This document shows positions 39,429 through 49,531 of a stretch of 64,000 bases of DNA, in pieces. The notes beneath the pieces were generated by a model. The model was not told where the DNA came from, made no database searches, and worked only from the letters and a program-made list of their open reading frames with translations. How positions within the stretch are numbered: position 1 is the stretch's first letter; each line of letters opens with the position of its first letter. Origin of the DNA: Candidatus Marinacidobacterales bacterium. GTDB taxonomy: Bacteria; Acidobacteriota; Vicinamibacteria; Marinacidobacterales; DATDRI01. The position numbers and the translations under genes are program-made. The stretch lies in assembly GCA_965226495.1 (NCBI GenBank), contig OZ245365.1:5984001-6048000 (forward strand). The letters are read 5' to 3'.

Positions 39429-39971
39429 CTAGCGCGGCTTGACGAACTTGGCCAGGACCAATCCTGCTATCGTCCAGGTCGTCACGGTGTAAACGGCTTG
39501 GTGGATCTTCCACTCCCACGGGATGTACCACCAGACCACGTCGCCGATGTCGATCATCACCGCCGCCGCTAATCCCACCAGGGCGGTGAACTTAACGCGA
39601 TCCCAGTAGGAGGGAAGAGCTACCCGCTGAAGGATCAGAGCGATCAGACTCACGACAGCCAGATACAGCCCAAAACCCCGGATCATGATGCCGCCGTCGT
39701 GCGCAGGTCTGCCTTCCCTGGCGGTCAAATGGATGAACGCCACCGGACCGGCGGCGTGCAACTTCTCCCAAGTCTCTTCGTCGTTATAGGTTCCCGGCAA
39801 ATAGTAGGTTCCGGATTCGGGGAAGTGTTCGAGCAAAGCTTTACCGGCGGCGACGTCGTCTTTGGTTTGCTTCCAAGAACTGGCAGGCAGCGGGTTCAGT
39901 CCCCAGTAGAGAAAGCCCCAGAAGAAAATTGCCATGGCGGCCAGGACAATTCCGATACCTAAGTTCTTCAT
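39429..39971 (-). CDS. Hypothetical membrane protein
   Basis: Four TM helices; overlaps the upstream stop (ATGA). Confidence 0.7.
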   Translation of the reverse strand: MKNLGIGIVLAAMAIFFWGFLYWGLNPLPASSWKQTKDDVAAGKALLEHFPESGTYYLPGTYNDEETWEKLHAAGPVAFIHLTAREGRPAHDGGIMIRGFGLYLAVVSLIALILQRVALPSYWDRVKFTALVGLAAAVMIDIGDVVWWYIPWEWKIHQAVYTVTTWTIAGLVLAKFVKPR

Positions 39972-41899
39972 GATCCCTCCGTTCCACTACACATCTCGAT
40001 GAGCTTGTCCCGCCGCGTCAGAACGGCATCGATCTGGGCGGCGGCAAGGTAATCCCCCAAATTGGATTGGAGCTCGTCCCGATCGAGAGATCTCAAACCA
40101 TGCTCCAGCGAACCACCGACCGCGTCGCACGGGTTGAGCAAAGCTTGGGCGTCGATTTCTGTCGATAACGAGAACGCACGTTCATGATCCACCAACGCGA
40201 CATGGCTTTTCGCCGCATCGAACAGTTTGTCGTTGTCCTGGCGATCGTAGTTTCCGATGAGCGCGTCGAATACGAGTGCCTCCTTGACCTGGTTTCTTAA
40301 TTCGGCCTCGTCGACTCCGAACTCCATCGCGACGGCCTCGATGATCTCGTCGCGGCTCGCACCTTCCAGATTTCCCGATTCCTTAATGGACGTGAGATCG
40401 GAGGCCCTCTCGAGTAAGACGCGGAGACAGCCTTCTTTCCCAGTCTCAGCGTGTTTTCTCGGAATGGCGACCGGCACCAAGTCGAGCTCGAGCCTCTGGT
40501 CTAGCCAATAGGCCGCTATTTCGTGTTGATACCTGGCGGGATTGGACCGCTCCTTAGTCGCCGGCCCCTCTTCGACATCTTTGAAGACGGCCCGCATCTT
40601 CAAATCGTTGCCCTTCATCTCACAGAGCTCGGCGTGCTGTTCGCCCCTCGTGATCTTTCGACTCTCGGTTACTTCGGCCTCCTCGAGGAACTTCTCAATC
40701 TGCTCGTTCGGAAGGTGCTCGTACGCCCGGGCCCAGCCTTCTCCCTGGGGAGGTTCTACCACCGGAGCCATGTAGCCGTTCGTTGCGGGATCATACGCCT
40801 GCACCTTCTGAGCTTCGAAGACGACTGCGCGGGGCTGGCGACCATAGCCCATGCCGACGTCGCCGCGGATCAGACGTCCGTTGAAACGAGACGAGACGAA
40901 CCCGGTACGGGTGACGGTATGGCCGACCATCATCGCGCGCGCGTCAAGCAGCTCGAGCACTTTGTCGACGCGCAGTCGCTCGGCGCGTTCATTCTCCAGG
41001 GAATTACCGCGGTACCAGGTCGGACCGTTCGGCGAGAAGGCAATTGCTTCGGTTTGCTCGAGAAGCTCCTTGGCGGCTCGAACCACGTCGTCCGGGATCC
41101 TCGTGCGTCCTTCTTCGGAGGCTTGGACGATTGCTTTGGCCGTTCCCAGATACTTTGAATAAGTCGGCACACCCGCCACGTATTCGTGAATCACATCGCT
41201 GAGCTCCACCACCGCGCGGATGCTCTTGTGAAAGCGCTCATTGATCTCTTGGAGGCCCAAGGCGGCGACCTCGGGTGTGAGACCGCCGTGGAGAAAAACG
41301 ATACCGTTTATCTTCACCACCGCGGGTTGCTCGAGGAGCCACGAGCCATACTCACCTTTAGGCCCGAAGGCTTTTTCCCTGGCAAAGTAGCCGGGTGGGT
41401 AGCGTTCATCGAAGGACGCCTTCAGTTGTGCGTTACTAACCCCCTTTTTCTTGTGTGATTCCTCGAACCTGCTCCAGGCTTTCCGCCGATCCTTGGACTT
41501 CTCTTCATCGGCAAAATCGGAATGGCTCGCCGGCGCCACAAAACGGAAATCCCGGACCAAGTTCATGACGTCGTGATTACCAAGAAGCGCATGCACCTGT
41601 CCGCCCGCGGACTCCGATTCCCTCTGCAGTCGACGGAGCAGGTCGAGCAACGCTCGGTCGTCCGGCCCGCGGTCCGTCAAATCCCCACAAAGGACGACGT
41701 GCGTGTCCCCGCCGGTCCAGCGAAGTCTGTCGTCCACGATGTCGGTACTCTGCAGAATAGCGATCAGCTTGTTGACGTATCCGTGGACATCGCCCATGGC
41801 GACGACACGAGGAATGCCATCCCATTCCCAACTTGCAGTTTGTTCCGCCGCCGCGAAGCTTACAGAAATAGAAAAGATGAGAAGAGTACGGGTCAGCAT
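39968..41899 (-). CDS. Secreted calcineurin-like metallophosphoesterase fused to a PI3/4-kinase-like domain
   Basis: GDVHG, GDLTDRG, GNHD, HGG, GHT; C-terminal HEIAAYWLD..L.LVP, FDALIGNYDR, LVDHERAF. Confidence 0.8.
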   Translation of the reverse strand: MLTRTLLIFSISVSFAAAEQTASWEWDGIPRVVAMGDVHGYVNKLIAILQSTDIVDDRLRWTGGDTHVVLCGDLTDRGPDDRALLDLLRRLQRESESAGGQVHALLGNHDVMNLVRDFRFVAPASHSDFADEEKSKDRRKAWSRFEESHKKKGVSNAQLKASFDERYPPGYFAREKAFGPKGEYGSWLLEQPAVVKINGIVFLHGGLTPEVAALGLQEINERFHKSIRAVVELSDVIHEYVAGVPTYSKYLGTAKAIVQASEEGRTRIPDDVVRAAKELLEQTEAIAFSPNGPTWYRGNSLENERAERLRVDKVLELLDARAMMVGHTVTRTGFVSSRFNGRLIRGDVGMGYGRQPRAVVFEAQKVQAYDPATNGYMAPVVEPPQGEGWARAYEHLPNEQIEKFLEEAEVTESRKITRGEQHAELCEMKGNDLKMRAVFKDVEEGPATKERSNPARYQHEIAAYWLDQRLELDLVPVAIPRKHAETGKEGCLRVLLERASDLTSIKESGNLEGASRDEIIEAVAMEFGVDEAELRNQVKEALVFDALIGNYDRQDNDKLFDAAKSHVALVDHERAFSLSTEIDAQALLNPCDAVGGSLEHGLRSLDRDELQSNLGDYLAAAQIDAVLTRRDKLIEMCSGTEGS

Positions 41900-42036
41900 G
41901 GCAGCCCTCCCATGCCGCGGATGTTAGTCGGGGGCCTGCCGGAAGTCAAAAAAACAGGGGGCCAAATCTTGCGAAGGCACATCCGCGGGTTGGGAGCCCG
42001 GCGCGCCCGCACAAGATCTGACCCCCGGGGTGAGGT

Positions 42037-42456
42037 CTAGATCTTGAGCATTTGTTTGAGCGCCGGTCCGGCCACGGCGAAGCCAACTCCCACCTCGATG
42101 ACGAAGACCGCGACCCAGATGACCAGTGCCTGCATCCACTCCGTCCCAAAAACCATCTTGTAGACGAGGATGGGGACCAGCGCGAACGCGAAGCCGATGG
42201 TGAAGATCGGACTCATTCCCGGGGCGAGCCCCAGGAACACGAGGGATCCCCAGCCGGCCATGTTCTTGAAGATCGTCGCTAGAAACGCCTTTCCGAAGGT
42301 CGCATCATTGACGCTGGCGGCCTTGGCGACGACTTTGGTGACGATCACGCTGATCACGAACGTGACCGCTACTACAATGAGGAGACTCGAAACGATCGAG
42401 CTGGGCTTAGGGCTGTCTCCCGCTTGAGCTAACGCGTAAAGGATGGTGCTTAGCAT
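42037..42456 (-). CDS. Hypothetical membrane protein
   Basis: Hydrophobic helices; RBS AAGGAG. Confidence 0.7.
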   Translation of the reverse strand: MLSTILYALAQAGDSPKPSSIVSSLLIVVAVTFVISVIVTKVVAKAASVNDATFGKAFLATIFKNMAGWGSLVFLGLAPGMSPIFTIGFAFALVPILVYKMVFGTEWMQALVIWVAVFVIEVGVGFAVAGPALKQMLKI

Positions 42457-42620
42457 GTGGACACTCCTTTCACAATCCGAAATGACACGTTCCGAAATAG
42501 TGCGTGACCACCGAAACCGGCGGAGCGTCCGTTGATGCTAGTTGCGAGAGTCTGAAAGGGAACTAATTGAAAACAGTATAGCGGATATCTGGATATGAGT
42601 CTAATCCGAGGCGTTTGCCT

Positions 42621-44195
42621 TTAGAAAGCTCGGCGGCCCTGCTTCGCCGTGACTGGCTTCTGATCGGCGAGGTCTTTTAGGGCCTGGATGGGCCGGCGGT
42701 CCGGCGTCATCATCTTGATCGACTGGCGAAGATATTGCTCCGCCTCGCCCACCTTCCCGAGATCGACGTAGATCTTGCCGGTGTAGTAGACCGCCAGTCC
42801 ACAGTTGGGATCGAGGCGTAGGGCCTCACCGAGCTCCTCGAGAGACTTCTTCGCTGCGAAGTCCGGCTCGCGGAGATAGCGGCAGTAGGCTAGCTCGGCC
42901 CGGTATAGCCCGTTTTGTGGATCGCAATCATAGGCGAACTCGAGCTGTTCGAGGGCCTCCTTGTGGTTGCCAGCCAGCATCAAGGCTTGACCCTTTTTGA
43001 ACTGCACGTCAGAGTCCAGGAGGTCGGTTTGTATGGCGAACTGGTCGCGGCCACTTGCTTGTTTGCCCTGTTGTTCGGCGATGAGGTTCTGCCGACTGGC
43101 GGCCAGAGAGTTCCGCCGTTCCGGGTCGGTGAGCTCGCCGAACGCACGACCTCCGGCGATAAAGAGGTCCTGGGCCTTCTCGACTAGGGTGTCGAGTCCA
43201 GCAGCCTGAAATCTCCAGGGCGCGAATCTCCGCGAGAAGTCCAGGTACGCAAGCTCGGTGGCCCGTGGCGTCGCATCGGTCGGAATGTCCAGCAAGTCGA
43301 ACGGGTCTTGTTTGCGATAGCGAAGATATTTCTCCATCAACGCATTGCCGAGCTCGTCGGGGCTGGCCGCCTCGACATTCGGGAGCGGGGTAACACGAGC
43401 AACTCTCTGCGTCGAGCTGCTTGAGACGGGCGCCTTGGCAGCGTCTTTGGGTAACCAATCCTCGGGAATGATGGTGCCGACAACCGCGAGTGCGTAGAGA
43501 AGCCTGGCGACGCGTTCCCGCGGAACCTTGGCTTCCACGACCAGTTCTTCCATGCGCTTGCCGTCTCGCAGCAGGTCGGTCACTTTCCGCTGCTCACCGG
43601 TGAGGCGGATTTCTTCGAGGGGGCAGTGCGGAGCGGGGTGAAAAACGAGTTTGCTATCTGCAAGATCCCGCGCGGCCTCCTCGATCTCTTCCGCAGACGC
43701 GAGCTTGGAGATCCCGGTGACGACGAGTTGGGCCGTTTTGACTTTGAGCGATGACTCCACTTGCCCGAGCTCGGGGAGCACCTGAAAGCTCCCGTTCCTC
43801 CAGGTGAATCCGTCGAGGAGTTTCTTGGCCAAGTGTTGCTGCAATGTCTTGAAAAGCTCGGAAGCCGTGATCAAGCCTTCGGAGATCAGGACCTCGCCCA
43901 TTAGCTGGTCCCGGGTGATGCTCTTGCTGAAGCAGAGCTGACATTGGTCCTGGGTGATATCTCCGCGGGCGACCATGAACTGACCGAGAGTGTCCTGGAG
44001 AAGATTGGACCGGCAATCGACCGGAACACCGTCTTCTATGGAAATCCTCTTTCGCAGCTGCTTGCGCTCGATCTCCAAAACGACCGAGAGGCGCTGCACC
44101 GCCAGCGCGTGCAGCAAGACCGGATAGGGAGTCTTGGCTAGATCTCCGCTCTTCATATGGGAGATCACTTCGAGCTGGTCGGGCTTAGGAATCAT
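42621..44195 (-). CDS. DUF4388-like + degenerate J-domain + TPR protein
   Basis: LGQFMVARG..MGEVLI..F.W..G.F; DPFDLLDIP..AY..FAPWRF (J-like, no HPD); C-terminal TPRs. Confidence 0.65.
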   Translation of the reverse strand: MIPKPDQLEVISHMKSGDLAKTPYPVLLHALAVQRLSVVLEIERKQLRKRISIEDGVPVDCRSNLLQDTLGQFMVARGDITQDQCQLCFSKSITRDQLMGEVLISEGLITASELFKTLQQHLAKKLLDGFTWRNGSFQVLPELGQVESSLKVKTAQLVVTGISKLASAEEIEEAARDLADSKLVFHPAPHCPLEEIRLTGEQRKVTDLLRDGKRMEELVVEAKVPRERVARLLYALAVVGTIIPEDWLPKDAAKAPVSSSSTQRVARVTPLPNVEAASPDELGNALMEKYLRYRKQDPFDLLDIPTDATPRATELAYLDFSRRFAPWRFQAAGLDTLVEKAQDLFIAGGRAFGELTDPERRNSLAASRQNLIAEQQGKQASGRDQFAIQTDLLDSDVQFKKGQALMLAGNHKEALEQLEFAYDCDPQNGLYRAELAYCRYLREPDFAAKKSLEELGEALRLDPNCGLAVYYTGKIYVDLGKVGEAEQYLRQSIKMMTPDRRPIQALKDLADQKPVTAKQGRRAF

Positions 44196-44299
44196 GACTG
44201 GCCCCTCGCCACCGATCGGGAGCTATGACACTAGATTTTATAGAGATGATAAAAGTGTAGCAGAAGTCGGGGCAGGGCTCCAGGGAGGAGTCGTCCCGC

Positions 44300-44731
44300 T
44301 CAGCTAGGGCTGTTGATCACGGTCACCTGGTCGTTGAGTGTCCAGAAATCGTAGAGGACTCCCAGGCCCAACAGCCCGCCGGTCAAAAAATAGAGTATGC
44401 CGGAGATCCACTTCCCCATGTACATGCGATGGATCCCGAAAAGTCCCAGGAAGGTGAGGAGGATCCACGTCACGCTGTAATCGATGGGCCCCGCCTGGTA
44501 TCTGAGATCTGCCTCTCGATCCATGGAAGGAATGAGAAAGAGATCGATGAGCCAGCCAATGCCAAGGAGCCCAAGGGTAAAAAACCAGATCGTTCCCGTG
44601 ACCGGTCGGCCGTAATAGAATCGATGAGCGCCCAGGAAACCGAAGATCCATAGGATGTAACCGATGGATTTGAGATGTGTGTCTTCCTTACTAGCCACTG
44701 GGAGCCCCTCCTTCGAATGGGAAGATATCAT
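44300..44731 (-). CDS. TM2/NINE domain protein (two repeats)
   Basis: GFLGAHRFYYG and GLFGIHRMYMG. Confidence 0.88.
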   Translation of the reverse strand: MISSHSKEGLPVASKEDTHLKSIGYILWIFGFLGAHRFYYGRPVTGTIWFFTLGLLGIGWLIDLFLIPSMDREADLRYQAGPIDYSVTWILLTFLGLFGIHRMYMGKWISGILYFLTGGLLGLGVLYDFWTLNDQVTVINSPS

Positions 44732-44748
44732 GGAAGCTCAACGCTCTC

Positions 44749-47232
44749 TTACTCGTAACGAAGGGCTATCATCGGGTCCACCCGGGATGCTCGCCAAGCG
44801 GGGACTGCATTGGCCACCAGCGCGGCGACCAAGAGAATGCAGGCGCCGGCTGCTAGCGTCAAGAAATCCACCGCGGGTATGCCGAATAGAATTCCCGCCA
44901 GGGCTTGGTTGACCAACATCGATGCGACGAGCCCGATCGCCACGCCCAGCCCAGCGAGGATCATGCCTCGTTTCAAGACCAACACCATGACGCGGTGCGT
45001 TTCCGCACCTAGAGCCATGCGAATCCCGACCTCGTGGGTCCTTTGGCTGACCCAGTAGGCAATGAGGCCATAGAGACCGATGGCGGCGAGCAGCACCGCC
45101 AGCAAGCTGAAACCACCGAGGAGCCGGGATCCCATGCGGACCGGATAGAGACTGACCGCGAGTTGATCGTTGAAGCTCACCGCATCCATGATCGTCAACT
45201 CCGGATTCATCTGGAGGAGTTCCCGCCGCACGGTTTCCACCGTGGCGGTAGCGTCGCCCCGGCTGCGGATGAGGAGGCTCCCGTAGGCGTTGTAGTTCTG
45301 AGCACGTGCGAAGTGGAGGTAGGGCCGCGGGTTTTCGCCGATCGTCCGGATCTTGTGATTCGAAGCCACCGCCACGATCTCCAAGGGGGGACTATCGGGG
45401 TCTCTACGAATGCGCTTTCCGATGGCGCTTTCCTCCGGCCAAAGCGTACGCGCCAGTTTTTCGTTGACGATCACCACGCCGGGTGAGTCTTCGGTATCAC
45501 TCTCCAGGAAGGGACGCCCTTCGAGGAGGGGGATTCCCATGGTGCGGAAATAGTCTACCCCCACGAAGGTGACGTCGACGACGAAGGGCTTTTCCTCGTT
45601 CGAGGTTAGCTCATTACCGTCGACGTGGATGTCAGACAAATTGATGTTCATGTCGAATGGGAAGCGTGCAGCGATGGAGGCCGATTCCACCTCCTGCAGT
45701 GCCCGCACGCGCTCAAGGGTCTGTCGATAGAAATTCTTGCCTTGCTCTTCCTCGTAGCCGTTCATGTCCAAGTTCAGGGTGAGGACGCCGAGCGGATCAG
45801 GCGAGAAGCCAATCTCCGCGGCGCGCGAGGCGATAAGGCTCCGCACCAGGAGCCCCGCGCCGATCAAGAGAACGAGCGACAAGGTCACTTGCCCCACCAC
45901 GAGCAGATCACCGAGATGGAAGCGTCCCGCTGCCTTCTGATCCGTAGACGCTTCCTTAAGGGCCGACACGAGATCCGCCCGCGAGGCCTGTAAGGCCGGC
46001 GCTAAGCCGAAGAGCAGGCCAGTCAGAATCGATAGTCCCATAGCGAACACAAGCACCTGGACATCCAGCCCAAGATCGAGCGCGATCGGCAGTGCGAAGT
46101 CGGGTCGATAATTACGGAGAAGAGAGTTAGCCCAAATCGCGAGAAGAAGTCCGAGCCCACCTCCCACTCCCGAGAGAATGAGGGACTCCGCCAGGAGCTG
46201 GCGGATCAATCGAGCGCGCGAGGCGCCGACGGCGAGCCGCACCGCAATCTCCCGTCGCCTCGTGGTGGCCCGGGCGAGCAGCATGTTCGCCACATTGGCG
46301 CAGGCGATCAGCAAGACGATGCCGACGACGCTCAGAAGCAGCAGCGCGATGGGAGTCAGCGGCTTGTCCAGCATGGGATGAAAGCGCACGCTCTCCGCAG
46401 GAAGAAGGGTCACACCCCGCCTCTCGTTCGACTCGATGTATTCGCTCTCAAGCCTCGCAGTGATCGTTGCCATCTCGGCCTTGGCTTGCTCGAGTGTCAC
46501 GCCCGGCGCCAGCCGCCCTTTGACGAACATCCAGCGGCGTCCGCGCTGGTCGAGCCGGCTATCTCCGGTAGTGTTGCCCTGGACGTCTTGGATTCCCATC
46601 GGCTCGACTTCCTGCGCCATCATCGTCGGAACCCAAAGCTCGGGGGAAAATCCCGGAAACGAGCCGGGGTAGCTGGGTGGAAGAACACCGACCACCGTGT
46701 ACTGGACTCCATTCAGCTTGAGCGTTTGACCGAGCGCGTCCGAATCGCCGCCGAACTGCCTCTGCCAGAATCCGTGCCCGAGCACGACCACCGGGTGGCT
46801 TCCCGGCGTCCGGTCTTCCTCGGGGAGAAACGTTCTTCCAAGCAAAGCATCGACACCCAAGACGTCGAAATAGTTGCCGGTGACGATTTCTCCGACCATG
46901 AACTCCGACTTCCCCTCCTGGCTGAGGCTAACTGCCATCAAGGAGTAGCCCAGGATTCCGGAGAACGACTTCGCCTGTGCTTGGAAATCCAGGTAGTCGG
47001 GGTAGGAAGTTGAGGAATAGTCGAGCCCCTCAGGGTCGCGCGAGTAGATCTCAACGAGCTCGTCGGGGTTCGTAACCGGTGCTGGTCGGAGCAGCACCGA
47101 GTTGACGATGCTGAAGATGGTCGTATTGAGGCCGATACCAAGAGCCAAAGAGAGCACCGCCACCGCAGAGAAGCCTGGGTAGGCAAGCAACATGCGTAAG
47201 CCGTATTTGAGATCTTTGAATAGGTTTCCCAT
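44749..47232 (-). CDS. ADOP/MacB-type ABC transporter permease
   Basis: DLKYGLRML, LALGIGLNTTIFS, LLIACANVANMLLAR, EVGIRMALGA, RVDPMIALRYE. Confidence 0.93.
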   Translation of the reverse strand: MGNLFKDLKYGLRMLLAYPGFSAVAVLSLALGIGLNTTIFSIVNSVLLRPAPVTNPDELVEIYSRDPEGLDYSSTSYPDYLDFQAQAKSFSGILGYSLMAVSLSQEGKSEFMVGEIVTGNYFDVLGVDALLGRTFLPEEDRTPGSHPVVVLGHGFWQRQFGGDSDALGQTLKLNGVQYTVVGVLPPSYPGSFPGFSPELWVPTMMAQEVEPMGIQDVQGNTTGDSRLDQRGRRWMFVKGRLAPGVTLEQAKAEMATITARLESEYIESNERRGVTLLPAESVRFHPMLDKPLTPIALLLLSVVGIVLLIACANVANMLLARATTRRREIAVRLAVGASRARLIRQLLAESLILSGVGGGLGLLLAIWANSLLRNYRPDFALPIALDLGLDVQVLVFAMGLSILTGLLFGLAPALQASRADLVSALKEASTDQKAAGRFHLGDLLVVGQVTLSLVLLIGAGLLVRSLIASRAAEIGFSPDPLGVLTLNLDMNGYEEEQGKNFYRQTLERVRALQEVESASIAARFPFDMNINLSDIHVDGNELTSNEEKPFVVDVTFVGVDYFRTMGIPLLEGRPFLESDTEDSPGVVIVNEKLARTLWPEESAIGKRIRRDPDSPPLEIVAVASNHKIRTIGENPRPYLHFARAQNYNAYGSLLIRSRGDATATVETVRRELLQMNPELTIMDAVSFNDQLAVSLYPVRMGSRLLGGFSLLAVLLAAIGLYGLIAYWVSQRTHEVGIRMALGAETHRVMVLVLKRGMILAGLGVAIGLVASMLVNQALAGILFGIPAVDFLTLAAGACILLVAALVANAVPAWRASRVDPMIALRYE

Positions 47233-47289
47233 AACATTATTAATAACGCACGAGCCCACCGGAAAGCTCCGGCTAGTTAGGGAGGTTGC

Positions 47290-47931
47290 TTAGAATCGAA
47301 ACCCGACTCCGAACGAGACCTCCACGTTGTGAACGGTCTCGTCGAAGGTAATTCCTGCGATTTCTGCGATCTGTCCGAGAAGACCGAAGTCATCCTGCGT
47401 AAAAGTCGTCATGTGATCTCGGATGTCTAGTCGCAGCGTGGCTCTTTTGATGTTGGCTTTGATGCCGGCGCCGAAGTTGAAGCCGAATTTGTTGACCGTC
47501 ACTAGGTCCACATTGACCAGGGCGGCTGGTCCGATGTCCCCTTGGAAGTCGAAGCTTTGAAGGCCCACGCCACCGGTCACGAAGGGAGAGACGGCGGTGG
47601 GTAATATGATGAGGAGGAGATTGGCGTCAAGGTAGGTTACTCGCGTGTCCACAGTGAAGACATCGTCTTCGACGGTGCCGGTCAACCCGCTCGGTGCGTA
47701 CGCAAAGCTTCCTTCCACTGCCAACGGGTGCCCATACCAGCCACCCCGAACCCCGTACACGACGCCATTCTTGAACGAGCTCGTTATGTTACCTGCCTCT
47801 AGCTGGTTGAGGTCCCCTCCGAGAAGTCCTCCGATGAAGCCGGAAATTTCACCGTCGCCGGCGAAGGTAGGTGTGGCTGCGAGCAGGGCTAGCAGTACGA
47901 GGGAAGTGCGTAACGTTTTCCACTGGGTCAT
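47290..47931 (-). CDS. Outer membrane beta-barrel protein
   Basis: Signal peptide, amphipathic strands, C-terminal FRF. Confidence 0.8.
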   Translation of the reverse strand: MTQWKTLRTSLVLLALLAATPTFAGDGEISGFIGGLLGGDLNQLEAGNITSSFKNGVVYGVRGGWYGHPLAVEGSFAYAPSGLTGTVEDDVFTVDTRVTYLDANLLLIILPTAVSPFVTGGVGLQSFDFQGDIGPAALVNVDLVTVNKFGFNFGAGIKANIKRATLRLDIRDHMTTFTQDDFGLLGQIAEIAGITFDETVHNVEVSFGVGFRF

Positions 47932-47967
47932 CCGGTCTCCTCTGAGATAGTTTCCTCTTCCTTTAAA

Positions 47968-47999
47968 CCCTCTCCCCTTGGGAGAGGTTAGGGTGAGGG
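47968..47999. repeat. REP-like palindrome (same family as 22092)
   Basis: CCCTCTCCCCTTGGGAGAGGTTAGGGTGAGGG downstream of ppk2. Confidence 0.7.
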
Positions 48000-48024
48000 T
48001 TTTTTAAGATAGTCTCTTCACCCT

Positions 48025-48867
48025 TCAATACACTTCGGGGACGAATGTTTGCTCGGTGATCGGTGGCCGAACGTAACCGACGTTCTCTTGCCGGTCCGGC
48101 AACTTGATCTTGGGGTCCTTGAGCTCATCGTAGGGAACCTGACTTAACAAGTGAGCGACCACGTTGAGTCGCGCCCGCTTCTTATCGTCCGCTCGTACGA
48201 CGAACCAGGGCGCTTGTTTGATATCGGTGTGGTTGAACATCTCGTCCTTGGCCATCGAGTACTCGACCCACTTTTCGCGTGATTTCAGGTCCATCTCGCT
48301 GATCTTCCAGCGGCGAACGGGGTCCTTGATGCGTTGTTTGAACCGACGCTCCTGTTCTTCATCACTCACCGAGAACCAGTACTTGATGATCTGAATGCCC
48401 GAGCGAACTAACGCGCGTTCGAATTCCGGAACCGACCGGAGAAACTCTCGATACTCCTCTTCGGTACAAAACTCCATGACCAGCTCGACGCCGGCGCGGT
48501 TGTACCAGCTCCGGTCGAACAAAACCATTTCGCCGTCGGCGGGGAGGTGAGCCACGTAACGCTGGAAGTACCATTGCGTCTTCTCGCGCTCGGTAGGTGT
48601 CCCTAGAGCCACCACACGACATATTCGCGGATTGAGACTCTGCGTGATGCGTCGGATGGTGCCACCCTTGCCGGCTGCATCGCGCCCCTCGAAGATCACC
48701 ACGACCTTGAGGCCCTTGTCCTTGATCCACTTCTGAAGCTTGACTAGCTCGACTTGGAAACCGGCGAGGGTCTTCTCATAGGCTTTGTTCTTGAGCTTGT
48801 GGTGCTTCGGTTGGCTGATGTCCGGGTTGTCGAGTTGTAGTTTCTTACTTCCCTTGCTCTTTGCCAT
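48025..48867 (-). CDS. ppk2: Polyphosphate kinase 2
   Basis: FEGRDAAGKGG, QWYFQRY, FDRSWYNRAGVE, DDKKRARLN. Confidence 0.95.
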   Translation of the reverse strand: MAKSKGSKKLQLDNPDISQPKHHKLKNKAYEKTLAGFQVELVKLQKWIKDKGLKVVVIFEGRDAAGKGGTIRRITQSLNPRICRVVALGTPTEREKTQWYFQRYVAHLPADGEMVLFDRSWYNRAGVELVMEFCTEEEYREFLRSVPEFERALVRSGIQIIKYWFSVSDEEQERRFKQRIKDPVRRWKISEMDLKSREKWVEYSMAKDEMFNHTDIKQAPWFVVRADDKKRARLNVVAHLLSQVPYDELKDPKIKLPDRQENVGYVRPPITEQTFVPEVY

Positions 48868-48874
48868 GGTGAGC

Positions 48875-49510
48875 TCACTGAGAGTTGTCCGGCCCGCGCA
48901 CGCACCACGCGATGCCTTTCATAGTACTGGCGGTGGAGAATGGAAACCCGTTGCAACCGGTCCCTGTACCGCACTGCATCACGATTTCTCTGACGCTCGA
49001 TTCGTGCGGCGCCAGAAATCGACTGCTCGACCAAAATCCATCGCCCCCCCGAGTGTCGTGGCCCTTATCCGACTTGAACGGGTGGCCGGATGGTAGCCGA
49101 GGTTCTCGACCGGTCCTCCCGCCGACTTCCAATAGGCTGCTGAATTCTCCCGCAGTGGGAAGACGCCACCCCATGCGCTTTCCGGATGTGGCGTTCCAGC
49201 AATATGTCAGCGCCTCTTGCCAAGTGAAGCCATCGTTGCTCATAAGGATGTAGCGCTGCCATACTAACCCGGTCTCCCGGTCGAGGACTCCACTGCCGTT
49301 GAACACGAGCTCGAAACGCTGGCTCCCGGGGAGGCGCTGGTTCCAGGAATGTAGCGGGTAGACTTTGGTGTCGTTGGGATCGGGCTCCGCCGCGGTAAGA
49401 TCTTTCCTGACCGATTGGGATCGTGGCTGTTGTGTTTCCGCGCGTGCGCCCAGCTGGGTCGCCATCACGACCACCAGTCCCACGAATAAACTTGCCACTC
49501 TGGTTTTCAT
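48875..49510 (-). CDS. DUF1566 (Lcl-like) domain protein
   Basis: VLDRETGLVWQ, TWQEA..YC, GWRLPT..E, FWSSS, WCVRG. Confidence 0.85.
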   Translation of the reverse strand: MKTRVASLFVGLVVVMATQLGARAETQQPRSQSVRKDLTAAEPDPNDTKVYPLHSWNQRLPGSQRFELVFNGSGVLDRETGLVWQRYILMSNDGFTWQEALTYCWNATSGKRMGWRLPTAGEFSSLLEVGGRTGREPRLPSGHPFKSDKGHDTRGGDGFWSSSRFLAPHESSVREIVMQCGTGTGCNGFPFSTASTMKGIAWCVRGPDNSQ

Positions 49511-49531
49511 CGCAACCCTCCTCAGTGGGCC

